From a bacterium (GTDB lineage: Bacteria; UBA8248), in assembly GCA_965204535.1 (NCBI GenBank), contig CBDBEV010000001.1:992001-1056000 (forward strand): DNA of 64,000 nt. The letters run 5' to 3'. Below the pieces are notes generated by a model, which saw only the letters and a list, made by a program, of their open reading frames with translations, did no database searches and was not told the DNA's origin. Below, piece by piece: positions 46,811 through 56,457 of the stretch (its first letter is position 1; the number at the start of each line of letters is the position of its first letter). Both the position numbers and the translations under genes were made by a program.

Positions 46811-46894
46811 GCGCATGTTTCCCGCCGCCGTCGCCTTTTGCGTGTCGTTCGGTTTGCGGCTCGTGAAATACTTGAGGCGGACTTGCTGCGCTTG

Positions 46895-46922
46895 TTGACA
46901 AAAAACGACGCTTTCATACAAT
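46895..46922 (+). promoter_or_regulatory. Putative sigma70 promoter of ABC operon TTGACA-16-TACAAT
   Basis: Near-consensus hexamers upstream of substrate-binding protein gene. Confidence 0.6.
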
Positions 46923-47067
46923 GCGCTGTTACAAAGGCATTATGAGTTGCATATACGGGCCGAGAGGCGGGTTCATCCGTCGGCCGGCGTTCCATCGTGC
47001 GATGAACGCATTCAGCGGATTCCATTCGCCCACTCGGTCACCCCAAGAATGAAGGAGGAACACCCAG

Positions 47068-48519
47068 ATGAGCGAGAAGCAGATCAAAAGAAGAAGCCTC
47101 CTGAAGGCCGGTCTGGCCACCGCTGTTGCGGGTCCCGCCGTTCTCGGCGGCGCGGGCAAATCCCATGCCGGGCCCGAGGAGGACGCCGTCGTCAAAGCCG
47201 GCAAGAAGCTGGGCGGCGCCAAGCTGAACGGTATGATGTGGGGCCTCTACTGGCGGAACTACCCTGACCTCAACCGCGAGTTCAATAAAGCCACCGGCAT
47301 CTCCATGGACAAGGTCAGTGACGTTCCCAACCTGCAGATTCCCCAGCGGGCCATGGCCGAGGCCATCACGCGCTCGGGCAAGTTCGACATCTTCCACGTC
47401 GAGTCCATGATGATTCCCTCCCTCGTGGCGGCGGGAATGCTCGAGCCCCTCGACGACTACATGAAGGCCGCCGGTTTCGACCTCAAGATGGTGGGCAACT
47501 TCGAGACCTTCATGACGTATCAGGGCAAGACCTACGCCATGCCCACGGACGGCAACGTCTGCCCGCAGTTCATCCGCAAGGACCTGTTCGACAATCCCGA
47601 TGAGCGCAAGGCCTTCGCCGACAAGCACGGCAAGCCTCTCAAGTGGCCGGTCACCTGGGAAGACGAACTCGAAATGATGAAACACTTCCACAGGCCCGAC
47701 AAGGAGCTCTACGGTTTCGGCGGCCTGCGTGACAAGGCGAACAGCAGCTTCTGGTACTGGATGTATCTCTACAGCGCGGGCGGCTTCCCGTTCGACGACG
47801 ACGCCAACCCCACGCTGAACACGCCTGCGGCCGAATACGCCTTCGACACCTGGCTCGCCCGCAAGCAGGTTTCCCACCCCGAGGCGGGCGCTTGGGGTTC
47901 GCCGCAGATGATCCCCCGGATCCGCAACGGCAAGATTTTCTCCTGCCAGTACTGGGACGGAATTATCGCCGCCATCGAAAGCCCGACGGCGGGCACCAAA
48001 ACCAGGGGCATGTGGCATTACGGCCTGGTTCCGGGTTCGAAGTTCTCCGGCAAGCTCATCCACCGCGCCTTCTCCGCTCCGGTGATGGCCATGGTGGTGA
48101 ACCGTCACAGCCCGCGCAAGAAACAGGCCGTCGCATGGGCCATGTACATGAGCACCTACAAGAACAGCGCCGAGGTCGTGGGCCATCCGAAGTTCACCTT
48201 CCACGATCCCTGGCATCCCAAGCACATGACCGACCCGCAGGTGACCAAGGTCTACACCAAGCCGGGCATCAAGTCCGTGGAGGACAACCTCCTCGTCACC
48301 TGCCCGCCGCCGTATGTGACCGGCTACCAGGAGTTCAAGGAAGTCGTCGACCGGAACCTCTCCGAGGCCTACGCGGGCCGCAAGAAGGGCGCCAAGAAGG
48401 TGATGGGCGACATCCAGAGCGAATGGGCCAAGATCATCCGCAAGGTCGGCAAGCGCAAGCTCAAGAAGGAGATTCCCTTCTACAAGGCCATGATGCCGAA
48501 GGTTGACAAACCCATGTAA
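47068..48519 (+). CDS. Carbohydrate-family (CUT1) ABC transporter substrate-binding protein, Tat-exported
   Basis: KRRSLLKAG Tat signal; G.LEPLDDY, YAMP.DG, RKDLF, P.TWED. Confidence 0.88.
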   Translation: MSEKQIKRRSLLKAGLATAVAGPAVLGGAGKSHAGPEEDAVVKAGKKLGGAKLNGMMWGLYWRNYPDLNREFNKATGISMDKVSDVPNLQIPQRAMAEAITRSGKFDIFHVESMMIPSLVAAGMLEPLDDYMKAAGFDLKMVGNFETFMTYQGKTYAMPTDGNVCPQFIRKDLFDNPDERKAFADKHGKPLKWPVTWEDELEMMKHFHRPDKELYGFGGLRDKANSSFWYWMYLYSAGGFPFDDDANPTLNTPAAEYAFDTWLARKQVSHPEAGAWGSPQMIPRIRNGKIFSCQYWDGIIAAIESPTAGTKTRGMWHYGLVPGSKFSGKLIHRAFSAPVMAMVVNRHSPRKKQAVAWAMYMSTYKNSAEVVGHPKFTFHDPWHPKHMTDPQVTKVYTKPGIKSVEDNLLVTCPPPYVTGYQEFKEVVDRNLSEAYAGRKKGAKKVMGDIQSEWAKIIRKVGKRKLKKEIPFYKAMMPKVDKPM

Positions 48520-48683
48520 GACGAACCTTCTCTCCCCGGGGCGCGGCTCCGGGGCGGAGGTTTCATGTTTCGCCGGTTGGGGCGGGCGGGGAATCGCCCG
48601 CCCCGGCTGCCGACGCGATTATCGCTTCCGAATGGTTTCCGGCGTACGCTCCGATTCATTCGATACCGCAGGAGTCTTGTTGA

Positions 48684-49646
48684 ATGGCGACGGCCACAAT
48701 TGCGCAGCCCAAGGGTAGACGCTCCACGCGCGCCCGGGGCGTGCGCATATTCAAATGGAGCGTGCTCTCTCCGCTGATTCTCCTGTTCGCGTTCCTGATA
48801 CCCGTCTTTCTCTTGCAGATATATTTTTCGTTCCATTCCTGGACGGTTTATCTCTCCACGTGGTTCGACGCGGAGTTCGTGGGGCTGGAGTTGTTCCAGG
48901 AGGTGTTGACCGAAGGTCGTTTCTGGAGAGCCATGGGGCGCTCGCTCATGTTCGCGGGTCTCTCGACGCTGGGTTGTTTCATATGCGGCTTCATTCTGGC
49001 GCTGTTGATGTACAAGCCCTTCCGGGGACAGGCGTTCTTCTACATTCTCTTCATCCTCCCGATGCTGACGGTGCCCGTAGTCATCGCCTACACCGCCGAC
49101 ATGCTCTTGTATGAAAAAGGGCCGATCAACGGATTCCTGAGCTATTTCCTGCCGGGGGACCTCTCGAAGTTCACCTGGCTGTCGAATCCCAATTTCGCGA
49201 TCTTCACGATTATATTGCTCGAAATATGGAACTGGACGCCTTTCGTCTTCATCATCATGCTGGCCGGCCTCTCCTCGCTGCCGACCGAACCGGTGGAGGC
49301 TGCGCGTATTCTGGGGGCGAACCGCCTGCAGATATTCCGCGAGATCCAGCTTCCGCTCCTGCGTCCCGTCATATTCCTGGCGCTCATCCTGCGCTTCCTG
49401 GAGGCCATGGCGGAATTTCCCAAAACGTGGGGCCTAATCCAGGGAGGGCCCGGCACCGCTACAGAGACGATACCCATCTATCTCTATTTCACGACCTGGG
49501 TGTCGTTCGACATATCGAAGGGCGCGGCGATGTCCTACGTAGTCATGGTGCTCATGATATTCATCGTTCTCACGGCGATCTACGTGCTGCGCCGCGAGAA
49601 GCGGGCGCTCGACGCCCTGCATGAAACGTCGCGCACGGAGGCCTAG
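48684..49646 (+). CDS. Sugar ABC transporter permease
   Basis: TM helices; WNWTPF, EAARILGA EAA loop, GGPG.ATET. Confidence 0.92.
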   Translation: MATATIAQPKGRRSTRARGVRIFKWSVLSPLILLFAFLIPVFLLQIYFSFHSWTVYLSTWFDAEFVGLELFQEVLTEGRFWRAMGRSLMFAGLSTLGCFICGFILALLMYKPFRGQAFFYILFILPMLTVPVVIAYTADMLLYEKGPINGFLSYFLPGDLSKFTWLSNPNFAIFTIILLEIWNWTPFVFIIMLAGLSSLPTEPVEAARILGANRLQIFREIQLPLLRPVIFLALILRFLEAMAEFPKTWGLIQGGPGTATETIPIYLYFTTWVSFDISKGAAMSYVVMVLMIFIVLTAIYVLRREKRALDALHETSRTEA

Positions 49647-49648
49647 AC

Positions 49649-50551
49649 ATGAACCGAGTACAGAAGGCGCGCCTGTTCACCATATTCCGCTACGCCATGC
49701 TTTTCATATGGTCGGTGATCGTGGCGTTCCCGATTTTCTGGATCGTTTCCACCTCGTTCAAGCCCGACTGGGAATGGCACGCCTGGCCGCCGGTCTACTG
49801 GTCGAAGGAGGCCTCCTGGGTCAACTACCAGGCCGTGTGGGGCAGGCCCGAAAGTCCCCGCACCGCCACCGAGGAGAAAACACAGACGGCCCGCTACGAG
49901 TCGCACTCGGCCAACAAACCCTGGCAGGCGCTGTGGAACAGCCTCTACATCGCCATCACCGCCACGGCGCTTTCGGTCGCATTCGGAGTCATTCTGGCCT
50001 ACGGAGTCTCGCGGTACCGGATATTATCGGAGATACGGATGTTCCAGCTCCTTGTGCTCAGGATGATTCCGCCCATTGTGGTGGCGGCGCCGCTGACGCT
50101 CTACTATTCGGCGATCCATCTGATGGACACGGCGCTGGGGCTGATTATCGTCTATTTCATCACTACGTTGCCGTATTCCGTCTGGATGACGAAGAGCTTC
50201 GTGGACGAGGTTCCCGTCGAGATCGAACAGGCCGCCGAGATTCTCGGCGCCACCAAGTGGCAGGCGATCCGCGAGGTGATATTCCCGCTCATACGCTCCG
50301 GCATCGTGGCGACGTTCCTGTTCATCCTCATTCTGACGTGGAGCGAATATCTGCTCTCTCTCATGCTGTCGAAGGTGGACGTGGTGACGCTGCCCGTCCA
50401 GTTGGCGAAATACGAAGGCTCCGACGAGGGCCGCGTCTACGGCCACCAGGCCGCTCTGGCGGTGGGAATCACCCTGCCGCTCATGGTCATCGGCATTTTC
50501 ATTCGAAAACACCTGGTGCGAGGTTTCACTTTCGGAATGGTGAAGAGGTAA
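49649..50551 (+). CDS. Sugar ABC transporter permease
   Basis: FP.FW..STSFK, NSL, VPVEIEQAAEILGA, HLVRGFTFG. Confidence 0.92.
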   Translation: MNRVQKARLFTIFRYAMLFIWSVIVAFPIFWIVSTSFKPDWEWHAWPPVYWSKEASWVNYQAVWGRPESPRTATEEKTQTARYESHSANKPWQALWNSLYIAITATALSVAFGVILAYGVSRYRILSEIRMFQLLVLRMIPPIVVAAPLTLYYSAIHLMDTALGLIIVYFITTLPYSVWMTKSFVDEVPVEIEQAAEILGATKWQAIREVIFPLIRSGIVATFLFILILTWSEYLLSLMLSKVDVVTLPVQLAKYEGSDEGRVYGHQAALAVGITLPLMVIGIFIRKHLVRGFTFGMVKR

Positions 50552-50558
50552 AAGGACA

Positions 50559-51632
50559 ATGGCAAGAATCGAACTCAAGGGCTTACGCAAGGTATTCGGC
50601 AGGAACATCGAGGCCGTGAAGAACCTCGACTTCACCATCGAGGAAGGCGAGTTTGTCGTCATCGTCGGCCCTTCAGGATGCGGGAAGACGACCACGCTGC
50701 GCATGATCGCGGGTTTCGAGGAACCCACCGCGGGCGAGATCGAAATCGACGGGCGGCTCGTGAACGACGTCGACCCCGGAGACCGCGGCGTCGGCATGGT
50801 CTTCCAGACGCACGCCCTGTTCCCGCACAAGACGGTGGCCGAGAACATCGAGTTCGGCCCGCGCATGAAGAAGGTGCCCGAGGAAACGCGCAAACAGCAG
50901 GTGCGCGAGGTGGCCGACATGGTGCGCATCACACACCTCCTCCACAAGCTGCCCGTCGAATGCTCGGGCGGCGAGGCGCAGCGCGCCGCACTGGCCCGCA
51001 CCCTCATCACCGACCCGGCCGCCTTTCTGCTCGACGAGCCGCTCTCGAGCCTCGACGCCAAGCTCAGGCGTGAGATGCGCGCCGAGATCGACAGGCTGCA
51101 CGAGGAACTCAAGAAAACCTTCGTCTACGTCACGCACGATCAGGAGGAGGCCATGACGCTGGCCGACCGCATCGTGGTGATGCGCGACGGCGTCATCGAG
51201 CAGGTGGGGACGCCGCTGGAAATCTACAACGACCCGGTCAGCTACTTCGTGGCCGATTTCTTCGGCAGCCCCTCCATGAACCTCATCGCGGGAAAGGTGG
51301 AGGGCTCGAACGGCGCCGCCGCCTTCACGGGGGCCGGAATCGAATTCAAACTCCCCGACGCCTACGCGGGCGTATCTCCGGGGGACTACACCCTGGGCGT
51401 GCGGCCCGAGCACATCGTGGTGGGAAGCCAGGATGCCGCCTTCTCATGCGACATTCAGCTCGTCGAGCCCCTCGGCAAGGACACGCTGCTCTACTTCGAG
51501 CACGGCGCCGAGCGTCCGACCATCGCGATCATCGAGGCGAGCGATCGCTTCAAAGAAGGCGAGCGGTTGAACGTCACTTTCGACTCCGAGCGCGTCTATC
51601 TCTTCGAACCCGACGGAACGCGCGTACGTTAG
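50559..51632 (+). CDS. Sugar ABC transporter ATP-binding protein (MalK-like)
   Basis: GPSGCGKT, SGGEAQR, LLDEPLS, YVTHDQEEA, TOBE domain GVRPEH. Confidence 0.95.
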   Translation: MARIELKGLRKVFGRNIEAVKNLDFTIEEGEFVVIVGPSGCGKTTTLRMIAGFEEPTAGEIEIDGRLVNDVDPGDRGVGMVFQTHALFPHKTVAENIEFGPRMKKVPEETRKQQVREVADMVRITHLLHKLPVECSGGEAQRAALARTLITDPAAFLLDEPLSSLDAKLRREMRAEIDRLHEELKKTFVYVTHDQEEAMTLADRIVVMRDGVIEQVGTPLEIYNDPVSYFVADFFGSPSMNLIAGKVEGSNGAAAFTGAGIEFKLPDAYAGVSPGDYTLGVRPEHIVVGSQDAAFSCDIQLVEPLGKDTLLYFEHGAERPTIAIIEASDRFKEGERLNVTFDSERVYLFEPDGTRVR

Positions 51633-51985
51633 CACTTCCTCAAAAGAGCCGGCACGAAAAGTATCGGGTCACTCGCCATCGGCGTGATCCATGGTGCAGG
51701 AGCGCCGAAGCACTTCGTTCGTACCGCTATCGTGGAATCTGCCCGTAAAACGCCATTTTCTGGTTTGTTGCGCTCGAATTTATCTTGACTAGCTCAAGGC
51801 GATAACTATATCTTGCAGAAGCGCACATCAAAACAAGATAAGAGAACTTCCAGGAAATAAATTACCTTGTCTGCAACGAGGGGGGACCCACTGGCATGCA
51901 TCCAGCCCACTCCAGCCACTTCGCCCATCGCGCCCGCATCGGGCGGTCGACGAACCGCCTCCCGGCAGAGGCCGTTCGGGAATCC

Positions 51986-54088
51986 ATGCCTCGCTTGTTC
52001 CGCTTGGCGGTCTGCGCGCTGGCCCTTGTCTTCGTCTTGTCGGCTGCGCCCGCGGGCGCGGGGGATTTTACCCACGGCGAACTCGAGGGCAGTCTCGACA
52101 TCACGCTCTCGCACGGCGTCACCCTTCGCGTCGGGGAGCGCGACGAGAGCCTGATCGGCACGACCAACGGAGGCGCGGCGACCTCCGTCAACAGCGACGA
52201 CGGCAACCTCAACTTCGACAGAGGCGTCGTGAGCAACGCGTCGAAGTTCATCGGCGAGCTCGACTTGAACTACCGGAACTTCGGCGCCTTCGCCCGCGTG
52301 CACGGGTTCTTCGACTTCGAGAACGAAAACGGCGACAGGGCGCGGGACGAGCTTTCGCCCGAGGCGAAGGACCTGGTCGGAAAAGACCTCGAAGTGCTCG
52401 ACCTCTACCTCACCGGCTCGTTCGACCTGGGCGGCGCGCCGATCGACCTTCGGCTCGGCAATCACGTGCTCAGCTGGGGCGAGAGCACCTTCATCCAGAA
52501 CAGCATCAACGTCATCAACCCCTTCGACGTGACCAAGCTGAGAACGCCGGGCGCGGAGCTGCGCGACGGGCTCGTGCCGGTTCCGATGGTCTCCGTCTCG
52601 GCCTCGCTGCACGAGAGCCTCTCCGTGGAGGGCTTCTACCAGGTGAAGTGGGAGAAGACCGAGATCGACCCGCCCGGCAGCTTCTTCTCGACGAGCGACT
52701 TCGTCGGCGCGGGCGGGAGGAGAGTGGTATTGGGCTGGGGCAAGATCCCCGACACGGGTCGAGGGTTCGGTCCCGTCACGGCGGCGATCAACGCCGACCT
52801 CCGTGGTTTCCGAATCCCCAGCCCTACGGCGCCGGGTGCCCTGACGCCCCTGCCGCAGAGAGCGCAGCCGGACTTCGACCGTTATTTCCTGAACGTGTTC
52901 CGCAGCGGGGACAACGAACCAGAAGACTCCGGCCAGTGGGGGGTCGCGCTGCGCTACCTCGCCGAGGGCCTCAACAACACCGAATTCGGCGTCTACTTCG
53001 TCAACTACCACAGCCGCCTGCCCGTTTTGAGCGGGCGCACCGGCACCGTGCAGGGGATACAGGACGGCCTCTTTGCAGCGGGAGCGGTTACCGCTGGTTC
53101 CGATACTCCTGCGGACCCGAGTGATGACTCCGCCACGATAAGAGCGATCACCGCTGCGGTCACAACTGCGGTCACAGCGCAAGTTCCGCCCGGTACGCCG
53201 CCGGCGGTCATTCAAAGTCAGGTTGCCAGTGAGACCGCTAGGCAAGTGGGGGAACTGGGCGGCTCCCTCGCCATCGACCGCTACGTGAAGACGGCGAACT
53301 ACTTCGCCGAATACCCCGAAGATATCCAGCTCTTCGGCCTGAGCTTCAACACCGTGCTCGGAACCTCGGGATGGGCGCTGCAGGGAGAACTCTCCTACCG
53401 CATGGACGCGCCCCTGCAGATAGACGACGCCGAAGTGTTCTTCGCGGCCCTGACGCCGCTCACCATCGACCTCGCGACCAGCAGGCCATGCTCGAATGAT
53501 TTCCCCTACTGCCGGAACCAGGTCGGCGTCTTCGGCCCCGAAACCTACGTCCAGGGCTACATCGAGCGCGACGTGAGCCAGATTCAGGCCACGGCCACCA
53601 AGGTGTTCGGCCCCACGCTCGGGGCGGACAGCCTGGCGTTCGTCGCGGAAGCGGCGCTCATGTACGTGCACGACATGCCGGACAAGAGCGAACTCCGCCT
53701 TGAGGGGCCGGGCACGCAGACCAGCGGGGAGCCCTTTCATTCCACGCCGGCGGGCGGGCACGCGGGCCTCCCGGCGGATCCGCTGGATCGGTTCGCGAGC
53801 GCCACCTCCTACGGCTATCGGCTGGCGGCGCGGCTGTCGTATCTCAACGCCATCGGCGCGGTGAACGTCGCGCCGCGCGTCTCGTTCCAGCACGACGTGA
53901 AAGGCACCAGCCCCGGCCCGGGCGGGCCGTTCATAGAGGATCGGATCGCCGTGACCCTCGGGCTGGGCGCGAGCTATCTCAACCGCTGGCATTTCGACGT
54001 GAGCTTCACCATGTTCGGCGGCGCCGGCAGGCACAACCAGGCGAGCGACCGCGACTTCGTCTCCGCCACCGTCAAATACCTGTTCTGA
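51986..54088 (+). CDS. DUF1302 family outer-membrane protein
   Basis: Signal peptide, NSDDGNLNF, SWGESTF, GQWGVALRY, NYHSRLP, DRDFVS...KYLF. Confidence 0.88.
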   Translation: MPRLFRLAVCALALVFVLSAAPAGAGDFTHGELEGSLDITLSHGVTLRVGERDESLIGTTNGGAATSVNSDDGNLNFDRGVVSNASKFIGELDLNYRNFGAFARVHGFFDFENENGDRARDELSPEAKDLVGKDLEVLDLYLTGSFDLGGAPIDLRLGNHVLSWGESTFIQNSINVINPFDVTKLRTPGAELRDGLVPVPMVSVSASLHESLSVEGFYQVKWEKTEIDPPGSFFSTSDFVGAGGRRVVLGWGKIPDTGRGFGPVTAAINADLRGFRIPSPTAPGALTPLPQRAQPDFDRYFLNVFRSGDNEPEDSGQWGVALRYLAEGLNNTEFGVYFVNYHSRLPVLSGRTGTVQGIQDGLFAAGAVTAGSDTPADPSDDSATIRAITAAVTTAVTAQVPPGTPPAVIQSQVASETARQVGELGGSLAIDRYVKTANYFAEYPEDIQLFGLSFNTVLGTSGWALQGELSYRMDAPLQIDDAEVFFAALTPLTIDLATSRPCSNDFPYCRNQVGVFGPETYVQGYIERDVSQIQATATKVFGPTLGADSLAFVAEAALMYVHDMPDKSELRLEGPGTQTSGEPFHSTPAGGHAGLPADPLDRFASATSYGYRLAARLSYLNAIGAVNVAPRVSFQHDVKGTSPGPGGPFIEDRIAVTLGLGASYLNRWHFDVSFTMFGGAGRHNQASDRDFVSATVKYLF

Positions 54089-54117
54089 CCAACAGCGATG
54101 AAAATGGGGTAACCGCC

Positions 54118-55476
54118 ATGAAAACCATCATTTTGAGAGCCATCGTCGCGATGCTTTGCACCCTCGTGGCAACCAGCGCCTCCGCCGCGATTTCCGCCAG
54201 TGAGATCGCCCGGCTCGGCAAGGACCTGACCCCCCTCGGCGCGGAGCGGGCGGGCAACGCCGAAGGCTCCATCCCGGAGTGGAAGGGCGGCGTCACGACC
54301 CCGCCGGCCGGCTACAAGGTGGGCGACCACCATCCCGACCCATACGCCGGTGACAAGCCCCTGTTCACCATCACCCGCGCGAACCTCGACAAATATCGGG
54401 GGAAACTCTCGGCCGGGCTCCAGAAGATGGTGGAGGCCTACCCGACGCTCCGCCTGCCCGTCTACCCGACCCGGCGCAGCGCCGCGTTTCCGAAGCGCAT
54501 CTACGACGCCACCCGGCGCGTCGCCGCCACCGCGAAACTCGCCTCGGGCGGCAGCGGCGTGACGGGCGCTGTGATCGGGGTTCCGTTTCCGGTTCCCAAA
54601 AACGGCGCGCACGTGATCTGGAATCACCTGCTCCGCTACCGGGGCCAGGCCTCCACGCGCGTCATCGGCCAGGCGGCCGTCACCCGGAGCGGCGACTACA
54701 CCCTCGTCCGGCTCGAGGACGCATACGTCGCGCGCTATTCCCTGCCGGGCATGACGGAGGCGAAACTCGACAACCGGATGATCCTCTTCCGCCAGAAGGT
54801 GGCGGCGCCCGCGCGGCTGGCGGGCCGGATCCTGCTGGCCTACGAGACGCTGAACCAGGTCGCCGAGCCGCGCCACGCCTGGGTGTACAACCCCGGCCAG
54901 CGACGGGTGCGCCGCGCGCCGAACATCGCCTACGACAATCCGGGCACCGCCGCGGACGGGCTCAGGACGAGCGATCAGTTCGACATGTTCAACGGCGCGC
55001 TCGACCGCTACGACTGGAAGCTCCTCGGCAAGCGCGAGATGTACGTGCCCTACAACAGCTACAAGCTTCACAGCGACAAAATCACCTTCGCCGACGTTTT
55101 GAAGCCGCTGCACGTCAACCCCGAGTATCTGCGCTATGAGTTGCACCGGGTCTGGGTGGTCGAGGCGACGCTCAAGGAAGGGGCGCGCCACATCTACAAG
55201 AAACGGCGGTTCTACGTGGATGAGGACTCGTGGATGATCCTGCTCTCCGACATCTATGACAACCGGGATCAGCTCTGGCGCGTGTCGGAAGGGCACGTCG
55301 TCAACTATTACGAAAATCCCCTGGTGAGCTATACCCTCGAGGTGCACACCGACCTTCAGGCGGGGCGCTACCTCGCGCTGGGGCTCAACAACGAGTATCC
55401 CATGAACACCTTCTCCACGACCTACTCGGAGAGGAATTTCACTCCGGCGGCGCTGCGCCGCATGGGCAGGAGATGA
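54118..55476 (+). CDS. DUF1329 family periplasmic protein
   Basis: LTP.GAERAGNA.G.IP.W.GG, PFP.P, WVYNPGQRRVRRAP, RYELHRVWVVEATLK. Confidence 0.9.
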   Translation: MKTIILRAIVAMLCTLVATSASAAISASEIARLGKDLTPLGAERAGNAEGSIPEWKGGVTTPPAGYKVGDHHPDPYAGDKPLFTITRANLDKYRGKLSAGLQKMVEAYPTLRLPVYPTRRSAAFPKRIYDATRRVAATAKLASGGSGVTGAVIGVPFPVPKNGAHVIWNHLLRYRGQASTRVIGQAAVTRSGDYTLVRLEDAYVARYSLPGMTEAKLDNRMILFRQKVAAPARLAGRILLAYETLNQVAEPRHAWVYNPGQRRVRRAPNIAYDNPGTAADGLRTSDQFDMFNGALDRYDWKLLGKREMYVPYNSYKLHSDKITFADVLKPLHVNPEYLRYELHRVWVVEATLKEGARHIYKKRRFYVDEDSWMILLSDIYDNRDQLWRVSEGHVVNYYENPLVSYTLEVHTDLQAGRYLALGLNNEYPMNTFSTTYSERNFTPAALRRMGRR

Positions 55477-56447
55477 CGGCGGCGGAATCCGGGGTTTCGG
55501 GAAGACGGCGGCGACGCCTCCTGCCCGCCCTCATCTTCTGTCTGCTGCCCATTGGCGCGGCGAACGCCGAACCGGCCGTTCAGGCCCGGCTCGCGCCCGA
55601 ATCCCTGCTGATTGGCGGAGCGTCCGCAGGTCCGCGCCTGGTGGTGGTGGGCGAGCGCGGCCACGTTCTGGTCTCGGACGACGGCGGCTTGAAGTGGAAG
55701 CAGGCCCGCGTACCTGTCCGCGCCCTGCTGACGGCCGTGCACATGCACGATGCGCGCCTCGGTTGGGCGGTCGGGCACGACGCGCTCATCCTGCGCACCG
55801 AAGACGGCGGAATGACCTGGCGGGTGGTTCACCACGCGCCCCAGGAAGAACGCCCCCTGCTCGACGTCTGGTTCCGCGATGAACGAAACGGCTTCGCCGT
55901 GGGGGCGTACGGCTATTTCCTCGCCACCTCGGACGGCGGCCGCACCTGGAAGCCGCGCACCATCGACAGGGACGATTTCCACCTGAACGCCATCGTTCCC
56001 GCAGGCGCCGGGCGGCTGTTCATCGCCGGGGAAGCGGGCGCGATCTACCGAAGCGACGACGACGGCTCCACCTGGCGCAAGCTCTCCTCGCCCTATGCCG
56101 GTTCGTGGTTCGGTGCGCTCGCGCTCGATGCGGACAGGCTGCTGCTGTTCGGCTTGAGAGGCAGGATGTATCGCTCAGACGACGGGGGTGAGAGCTGGAC
56201 GCGCGTTCGCACGCGGACGAAGGCGACCCTCACCGGAGCGATCCGGATAAAACCCGGTCTCCTGCTCGTCACCGGCCTTGAGGGCGCACTGCTCGTCAGC
56301 CGCGACGGCGGGCGCAGCGTATCGACCGATCCGAAGTTCAGACCCCTGACCTCCCGCCTGGGAATCTCCAAAGCGCTCGCGCTTTCAGGCGGCCGGGTGC
56401 TGCTGCTCGGCGAGTTCGGGGTCAGGCGCCTGCCCGGGGCCCGATAG
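55473..56447 (+). CDS. YCF48/BNR-repeat protein
   Basis: Repeated S/T-x-DGG-x-(T/S/K)W Asp-boxes, VGERG, AVGHD. Confidence 0.9.
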   Translation: MTAAESGVSGRRRRRLLPALIFCLLPIGAANAEPAVQARLAPESLLIGGASAGPRLVVVGERGHVLVSDDGGLKWKQARVPVRALLTAVHMHDARLGWAVGHDALILRTEDGGMTWRVVHHAPQEERPLLDVWFRDERNGFAVGAYGYFLATSDGGRTWKPRTIDRDDFHLNAIVPAGAGRLFIAGEAGAIYRSDDDGSTWRKLSSPYAGSWFGALALDADRLLLFGLRGRMYRSDDGGESWTRVRTRTKATLTGAIRIKPGLLLVTGLEGALLVSRDGGRSVSTDPKFRPLTSRLGISKALALSGGRVLLLGEFGVRRLPGAR

Positions 56448-56457
56448 GCGCATTCCC

